From the human T2T-CHM13v2.0 reference genome, Homo sapiens, in NCBI RefSeq assembly GCF_009914755.1, contig NC_060938.1: 64,000 nt of DNA; one strand, 5' to 3'. A model generated the notes under the pieces. It was not told where the DNA came from and searched no databases. It saw nothing but the letters and a program-made list of their open reading frames with translations. A program made the translations under genes and the position numbers. Below, in pieces: positions 54,607 through 64,000 of the stretch (position 1 is the stretch's first letter; each line of letters starts with the position of its first letter).

Positions 54607-55875
54607 TCAAAAGGTGCCCCTGAGTGCCAGGGGGCTAAGTGGGAATGTTGGGGGGTTGAGCCCCCATGATGTGCAGTGGCCCTACAGGGAACTCCAAACA
54701 AAATTAGTTTAAAAAGGCTCATCCAGGAAGCACATATAGGAGCTGGTCACCCCATGCTATCAGCCCTCCCGGAGATGCTAGACCTCCAGAGTAAGAAACT
54801 GAGACACACTGTGTGTGACACACTGTGGAGTCCCACCCACAACCAGCACACTTTTCCCCACTCCACCAAACTCTAGGCCACAGCTTAGTTCCTCCTTTTA
54901 AGAAAAAATGTGGGAAATGAATTATCTAGGAATGAGGACAGACAAGGAGAATGACCCTTCTCAGGCACCCTGTTTGGTTTTATGACCCTCTACTTGCAAG
55001 TGGTTGTGTAAATGGAATGGCACACCAGGTTTTCTAATACTCCGGCTGGTTACACATCGGGTCTGCTCTTGTGCACATTTTAAACTGATGGGCAAATCAC
55101 CTCAAAGAGAATTCAGAGCCTGAAGGTCAATCTGCAACTATAAACTTCCGAAGTTCTCTATTTCTTTGCTTTCTTTTCTGTCTGCTTTAAGTCTGCTGTT
55201 ACTTTTCTACTGAGATAAAATCCACTGTTTGTATCCAACCATTTCTTTTGTTATTGTTTTTGCAAACCAATGAGTTTGTATTAATATCTCATGGCTAACA
55301 TTCTGAAGTAAAAGCTATAGGATCTTTGGTTGTATGAGTGTGTATGTGTGTTTATGTGTACATACATGGATTCTGTTGTGTTTTGGGTCACAAGGTAACA
55401 AATTGGCTACCAATTATAGATTATCCATAAATTAAATAATAAGCCCAAATGCATTTCAAGTTTACATGACTTAAGTAAAATCTTTAATAAGCTAGCTTTA
55501 AGATTGTTGGTAAAGTAATATTTGAAATGTCTTAAGACTTGTCAGCATACATTTTTGTTTGCATTTATTGATCAAGTGATTTCATACTTATCTCTGCTGA
55601 ATACTATAAGGTGTCAAAATTTGGCATAAGGGTTATAAAACTATAAACCCAGCAAAAAATGTAATGATTTTTGTTTGTGTCATTTTTAATAAAAAAGACA
55701 TTAATATTGTTGATTTAATGAAAACAGCTAAATCTTGAATTATTGGTAAAATAATCATATATTTAATCTTAAGGTACTTACTTAGGTAATCACCTAAAAT
55801 TCACAAGCTGTAAAAATGGTTGACAGGGAAATAACTTTAAATAATGACTATCACAATTTTCATAAATAATCTAGT

Positions 55876-56257
55876 TTCTCTCTCTGGAGGTCTATTTTCA
55901 CATTGCTATAAAGAACTATCCAAGATTAGGTAATCTATAAAGGAGAGAGGTCCATTGATTTACAGTTTAGCATGGCTGGGGAGGCCTCAGGAAACTTACA
56001 ATCATGGCAGAAGGCAAAGAGGAAGCAAGGCACCTTCTTCATAAGGCAGCAGGAAGGAGAATGAATGCAGGAGGAACTACCAAATACATAAAACTATCAG
56101 ATCTCATGAGAACTCACTCACTATCATGAGAACAGCATGGGGTAAACCACTCCCATAAGTCAATTACCTCCACCTGGTCTCTCTCTTGACACATGGGGAT
56201 TATAGGGATTATAATTCAAGACGAGATTTGGGTGGGGACACAAGCCTAACCATATCA
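55876..56257 (-). mobile_element. THE1/MST-type MaLR solo LTR nested in the ERV
   Basis: GGAGGCCTCAGGAAACTTACAATCATGGCAGAAGGC...GATTTGGGTGGGGACACAAGCCTAACCATATCA. Confidence 0.82.
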
Positions 56258-56864
56258 CTAGGTAAACTATTAAAATAATTAGGTAAATGTAATAGAAACT
56301 TGTAAACAAACTTGTCATAAATTAGAATCTAAAGTTAAATTAAATATTTCATTAAATGTCTAGGTATTTTCCAATTAAAAAAATTATAGTGTAGGAGAAC
56401 ATTCTTTCTAAAAAATATGTTCTTATTAAAAGGTGAATAATTTTTATCTATTCAAAGCTTATTTAAATGTTATGTGTAAAACAAGGTAAAAGGAACCAGG
56501 AAATAAGAGAGATGCAAAGAAAGTTATAGAAATAAAGAGGTATTTTTGGTAAGAAAGCTTAAAATAATTTTATATGAGAAAGAGTCTTGTATGGTGAATT
56601 TTTGTTCTAAAATAAAATGAATGGGTTGTTCAAGAAAGAGGAATATTTAGGACAAGCCAAAAGTCCAAGCATGTTGTAAATGGTCTAAGTTGTAATAAGG
56701 TTAGTAAAAAAGGAATTTATAAAAATGCAATTAATTGGCTCTAATTAAAGGAAATTATAGTAAATAGTTTTTCTAAAAATTGAACTTTGATATTAAAAAT
56801 ACACCCACAAAAACCTAAAGAATTGGTTAAAACAAGATTTCATTTAAAATAGAGTTACTTAATG

Positions 56865-57235
56865 TAATATGGTTAGGCTTTGTGTCCCATTTTCATCTTG
56901 AATTTTAATTTAACATCCCTCCTAGGTGTTGAGAGAGAGACCTGGTGGTAGGTGATTGGATCATGGGGGTGGTTTCCCCCATGCTGTTCTTGTGATAGTG
57001 AGGGAGTTCTCATGAGATCTGATGATTTTTATAACTGGCAGTTTCCCCTGGGCTTTTCATGCTCTCTCTCTTGCTAGCTGCCATTTAAGACGTGCCTGCT
57101 TTCCCTTCCACCATGATTGTAAGTTTCCTGAGGCCTCTCCAGCCATGCAGAACTCTGAGTTGATTAAACCTCTTTTCTTTAAAATTACCCAGACTTGGGC
57201 AATTCTTTATAGCAGTGTGAAAATGGACTAATACA
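56865..57235 (+). mobile_element. THE1/MST-type MaLR solo LTR nested in the ERV
   Basis: TAATATGGTTAGGCTTTGTGTCCC...CATGATTGTAAGTTTCCTGAGGCCTC...GGACTAATACA; 5-bp TSD TAATG/CAATG. Confidence 0.82.
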
Positions 57236-58914
57236 CAATGCAAGAATTTTTTAATTTTTAAATTCTAGAATCTATTTCTTTTTGAAATTATTCAGATTGA
57301 TATCTCAGAAGCTGTACCCTGCTATTTCAGCATCTTCTGTCTTTTGAGAAGGCCTAGGATGGTAACTCTCTCCTTCAACTTTTGTTGTAACTTTAAAAAT
57401 TAATAGTCTAATGTAAGGGAGAAAATTTTTGAAAATGGGCGAATGAAAAATCTTTTGTGTCTGCTTTTGCCTGCATGTCTGTTGTATCTATATGTTTACA
57501 TGTGTCATGAGGAAGTGATATTTCACTATTAAACTAAACTGTATGAAAGAGTTCTAATCATTTGACTTAAAGAAAACTAACAACTTATCAGACTGATAGA
57601 ACCTAGCTCAGATCCCCTTTAATTCATGACTTTGGCAGTCTTTGGTAAGATTAATTTGGTAAATTTAATCTCAAAATTCTCTGCAATAGTTTAAAATCTT
57701 AAAGTCATGTTATGTTAAATCAAGTAACCTTAGGTTTTTTTTCCCACTTGGAGTTTGTGTTACTAAGAGTTAAAATAGGAGCACAAAAGGTGTTTTTGGT
57801 GAAGTTTATAAAACACAAGGATGTGGTTCTTGCTAAAAAATATGTGATTTTTTTCTAGTTGAGAAACCATTTAAGAGTCACTTTAAGATAAAGGAAAAAT
57901 TACAGAGATAAAACTAAATGGATAAAAACAAAAAAATTAAGCCAGGGAACAAAAGTTACCTCTGAGACCTGTGGTTACAGAGAAGATAGTCAATGTGAGG
58001 GAAGGGCAAAACCAAGTAACTATTAAACCATAGGGTATAATGTAAAGGAATTGTCCCATTTTGTAGATTGGTGTCATCAGCTTCTTGAGAAACCTTTACT
58101 ATAATGGATAGTAAAAATATTATATAATTACTCTTAGGACAATTCCTTAATTTTAAATGCTACAGAAGGAAAGAGCTTGTTTGGATTGATGTAAGACCCA
58201 CATCTCACTATTAAACAATCACTGATAACTACATGTGATCCAAATGTACAGGAGGTTATTCCTGAGAAAACAACCAGCCTATTGGCCATGGTAAGATCTG
58301 TTTTCCCTGAAAAGGGGACTGCCTGACTGCCCTATAAAATACCAAGTGGAGCACCCCAGATGAAGCACTTAATATGCTTCATATGTGAGCCATGTGGGAC
58401 TCGCTTTATGATGACCAAGATATTCTCCCACTGAATATGCCTATTACCCACGTCATGGTAAACCTGGAGGTTAAGGGGACCCATTTTTACATGGGTACCC
58501 CTCCCACAGAATCATGCAACTGTTTGAGAGGCCTTATCAAATTTGCTGTCCCTCGTGGGGCATAACACATTGAAGTAATTAATTTAAAAAAAAAAAAAGA
58601 GAAAGGAAAACCAGAGTCGAAGGACTCTCCCCAGAAGGAGTGACGGAAATATCACCCATTTTGGATGGTTATTCACTATTTGCCTCAGATTGGAAAATTT
58701 AAAAAAAAATCAAAAGGCAAAGGTTATCACGAGAAAGCTGACATTGCCTAGGGCAATGCTGGGGCAAATTAAGATAAAAAAAATTGGCCAAAGAGCCTGA
58801 GTCCCTTGGCTCAACTCCCTGGGGACCCAAGCCTTTTTTCACCAGAAAAGGTAAAATGGTCTGGGGATAGAAAAGAAAAGTTCCTGTGACCAGAACATAA
58901 AAATGTACCGATTG

Positions 58915-59975
<1,061 letters not shown>

Positions 59976-60876
59976 GTTCTGGCTATAGAAGTGTCAAACA
60001 AATCCTTTTCTTTTGAGTTATTCACAGTTTAAAGCAACTGGGTGAAGTATGTGTTTGTAAGCAAATTTGCCTTTCTATCTATCTGAGTTCTCCAAAATTT
60101 GGATTGTGAGTTCATGACAATACAGTCATTTGCATAAGCTTAGTAAGAGTCTTTTAGAACAGAGCAATTGGAGACGCTGGTTATTTTGCCAAGGCTTTGA
60201 CTAGAATAACATATTTGTAGGTAAAGTTCCAGCAAAGCCAACTTAATAGAAGCCTATATGGCCAAACAATTCTTGCTGCACTTTATATGAATAATCAGGC
60301 AAAGTATAATAAGCCTAAAATTTATTTTGTACACAAATTTCAGCCCTGGCTTTTGTTTTTGAGTGCAGATCGAAGAACGAATTATTTCTTGGCTACAATA
60401 ATCCTCTGAAGAGTATCACATTATAATTTTTCTTCATATGTTTAGTCGGTACTCTAATAGAATAGCTCCCTTTTTCTGTTCTGACATACAAATATTCTTT
60501 TGATTGTCAAAATATTTATGTTATTTATCTGTCCTTGTTTTATTTCCTAGGAAACCAAAATCATGGTAGTCTGAAGACCAGGGATGTGACTCTACCTCAT
60601 TTGGCATCCCACTGGGCCGGATCTGTTATTCACTGAAAATGCCCTGCTGCTAAGACTATATGAGCACCTTCTCTCTAAGCCCAGTAACTGTGGTGGATGA
60701 GGTGGACGCGTGAAATGGTGAAGGGTTGGTTTTAAGGGATAGAATCAGTTCAAGGTCAGGCCCTCCAAATCAAGGATGGGTACAAAGACACGTAAACAGA
60801 TGGTAAAATAAAGGACTTTGTCTTCTAAGCTATCATGTGTCATCTTTGCATCCATCCCAACCATGAAGAATTTTCT

Positions 60877-61158
<282 letters not shown>

Positions 61159-61666
61159 CTACTTCCTGTAGAATTAAAATAAAATAATTACTGATAGGAT
61201 AAAGATACCTTGTGACTCACCCAGCCTCCTGGGTATAATACTTCCGTTATAAGTTGTGCTGATAGATATATATTAAATCTTTTTTTGAACAATGCTTATG
61301 TTTTATATAGTTAATTGCTATAAGTCTGTAACTAAAACCAAGATTATAGTAGCTTAATGCATAGAAGTTTAAAAATAAGTCAATTTTGTAACCTCTCCTT
61401 TGGCTTTTGTTTGTTCACTTTCTACTTAAAAGAAAAAACAATTTTAAGGGATGAATGCCTGTCCATGTCCGTTACTATCTAGCCTAGAGCAATTAATTGG
61501 CTGTAAGTCTTGTTGACTGTAAGTCCCTCGGCCATAGGGAGTCCCACTGAGGGACAAGATGGACCTGGGGCAGGCAGCCATGTCACCCAGGCAGTGCTAT
61601 GGAACAAAATTACAATTGGTGGCCATTAATGTTGTCTCTGGCAAATCTTGGCCAGAAGGGGGAGAA

Positions 61667-62252
61667 TGTAAACTAAAAATAAAACTCAAACACCTCGCCA
61701 CCCACCCTGCAACCATCTGAATGGACTCCCCCCTTGGCCAGAGCACCCTAAAATTTAACCTGAAAGGCTGCTGCAGGTCATGATGGGAAGTGGGGGTCCG
61801 ACATGCCTCATTATATCCCTCCAGTGTTAACATCAACACAAACCTAAGTCTGATAAGGAACATTTACAATCTATTTTCTCTGAAGCCTTCATCTTCATGA
61901 TAAAACCTAGGTCTCCAAAACCCCTTATCTTAACCCAAACATTCCTTTCTACTGATAATTACTCTTTCAACCAATTGCCAATCAGAATATGTTTAAATCT
62001 AACTACGGCCTGGAAGCCCCTGGCCCTGCCTTTGAGTTGTCCCGGCTCTTCCAGATCCAACCATTGTAAATCCTGCACGTACTGATTGATGTATTACATC
62101 TCCCTAAAATGTACAAAGCAAGCTGTACTTCGACCACTTTGGGCACGTGTCCTCAGGACCTCCTGAGGCTGTATCATGGGTGCATCCTTAACCTTGGCAA
62201 AATAAACTTTCTAAATTGATTGAGACTTGTCTCAGATAATTTTTGGTTTACA
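61667..62252 (+). repeat. 3' LTR (586 bp)
   Basis: TGTAAACT...TTTGGTTTACA, intact AATAAA at ~62201, preceded by the PPT. Confidence 0.9.
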
Positions 62253-63045
62253 CAGCTTACACCTAGTGGGGGTAGTTTAAGAGACACTTAGGATACATTA
62301 CCTTGTTTAATCCTCATAGCAAGTCTTAAAGGAAGTTGGAAGCTAAGAGATTTGCCCAAAGTGGTAAAGCCAAACCAGATGTGGTTTAAGAGGGAGGCCC
62401 TGGCACTGAGGTAGAAGTCTCAGTTTTCTGCTGCCACCTTCCAGAGAGCCAAGAGAACCCACTCTTGCCTTCCAAGGAATGTGCCCAAAAGTTAGAAGAG
62501 TTGGGAAGGTGACTACAGTATGCATCCATGAAGAGCTCTCTGGGATCTAATCATGTCTCAGCTTTGCCACTCATTAGCTTTGTAACCTTGGGCCAGTTAC
62601 TGAGTCTCTCTGACCATAAGTTTTCTCATCTTGTTTAAGAGAATAAGAATGCTGTACTGAGCTTCCATTGTTTTTTTCTGAGTGACACCCAGTCCCGCTT
62701 CTGCTAACAGTGCCCAAATTTTGCTTTACCTATTCCCAGTTGGGAGAAATAGGGGTGTGGGAGGCATGTTACTCTAGCTAGCCAGTGACATGCTCTCTGG
62801 AAATTAATCTTCAGTGGGATAACCCAAAGATTAAATTGCACTGGAGCTCATTCATCTAGAAGAAGCCCTGACAAAAATGTTGCTGGTTTTTGCTCCTCAG
62901 ACAAGGAGCCTTCTCCGCTCCTGACTAGTTATTTTACGACGAGTTCTGCTTCTCCTTCATTCTGTGAGCTCCCACCACAACCTGCCCCACCAAATCGAAT
63001 AATTCCCTTTTTGCTTAAGTTCATTAGAGCCAGTTTTTATTGCTT

Positions 63046-63081
63046 ACAACAACAAACAACAACAACAACAACAACAACAAC
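63046..63081. repeat. (AAC)n microsatellite
   Basis: ACAACAACAAACAACAACAACAACAACAACAACAAC. Confidence 0.9.
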
Positions 63082-63339
63082 CCCTAATTGATCCAAACAC
63101 CTACCTTGCAATGCTGTAAAAATTAAATGATACGAAGTGTGTCAAGTGCTTAGGCCAGTTCTGGCAGCAGTGCAAGCAGTCAGTAAGTGGTGACAGTTGT
63201 CTGTAAGTCACCACTGGGGGCAGGGCACAAGGAGGGAGAGGGGAGCTTGTTATCGGTGTGCATTCCACTGAGAAAAACCTTCCCCCAAGAGATAGAAGGA
63301 CAAACAGAAGGGAGGGAAGTCCAGGCTATGATATGCTCG

Positions 63340-63360
63340 TTTATTCCAAATGTCTTTATT
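63340..63360 (-). terminator. SLC22A17 tandem poly(A) signals
   Basis: TTTATT at 63340-63345 and 63355-63360, about 300 nt past the stop codon. Confidence 0.75.
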
Positions 63361-63663
63361 GAAACAGAATGATAGAGCAAGAAATAATGAGGTCTGGGTG
63401 GATGTCTTTGGGCGCAGGATGGAGCCCAGACCCAGTGGTTACAGTGTGGAGCTCTCTCCCTGTCCCCTGACTCTGGCCAAGGAAGTGAATGCAAAGCAGC
63501 AGGGAGGAGGCAGGGTGGGGACGGCCCTCTGAGCTCTCCGCGATGGCTGGCGTGAGGTGCCTCTGAGACTTCTGGGCAGCCCTGCCTTCCCTACTCAGTC
63601 TTCCCGATCTTCTTGCCACCTTTCTGTGTGGGCCAGCCTCCCGCCAGGGTACTCAGAGGCCGC

Positions 63664-63952
63664 TCAGAGGGCAGGGTTGGGGGTGGCAAGCAGCGGGACG
63701 TGGTCACAGCGGGTAGGGGGTGGCTGCCGCAGCAGGGAAGGCCGGCGACACAGCTCCCCGTCCCGGAGCACCTCGGGCAGGAGCTTGCGCTTGGTCTCCG
63801 GCAGCAGCATAATGCTGAGAATGCAGAGGAGGGCGCAGGCCGCCAGCACCACGTGCTGCAGGAAGGCTCCATGGCCCATGTGGAGGCGCTGGGCCGGGCC
63901 GCTCAGTCCTCCAAGCGCCCCTAGAGCCATGATCAGGCCCAGGCCACGGCCC
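63664..63952 (-). CDS. SLC22A17: SLC22A17 (BOCT / lipocalin-2 receptor) last coding exon
   Basis: Acceptor CTGTCTCCCCCCAG|G at 63953/63952; [60 protein letters not shown]...ATPNPAL*; the LPETK motif is typical of SLC22/MFS C-termini. Confidence 0.93.
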
Positions 63953-64000
63953 CTGGGGGGAGACAGAGGAGGAGCTCAGCCCACAGCTGTAGCCTTGCTG

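Overview
Human genomic DNA that I recognise from the encoded proteins as the chr14q11.2 gene cluster. In order: the 5' end of HOMEZ (minus; only the first coding exon is in the window), an Alu-interrupted processed H3.3 (H3F3A-type) pseudogene, PPP1R3E (minus, 2 coding exons, 279 aa), BCL2L2/BCL-w (plus, 193 aa), PABPN1 (plus, 7 coding exons, 306 aa, normal (GCG)6(GCA)3GCG allele), an Alu/L1-dense intergenic block, a ~10.1 kb two-LTR MER4-group endogenous retrovirus with nested Alus and two MaLR LTRs, and the last exon of SLC22A17 (minus). This is a well-studied locus and I cannot show a wholly new system from sequence alone. The best leads are: (1) a phase-compatible BCL2L2-PABPN1 read-through combined with PABPN1 terminal-intron autoregulation, including a 13-bp pairing that could mask that intron's polypyrimidine tract; (2) a uORF in the BCL2L2 leader; (3) a 32-bp periodic CCAAT/GC-box promoter repeat at HOMEZ; (4) patchy LTR-LTR identity and class III-like pol remnants in the provirus; (5) a perfect 19-bp inverted repeat; (6) a young AluYb-lineage insertion. 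Repeat boundaries and subfamily names were assigned by eye and are approximate.
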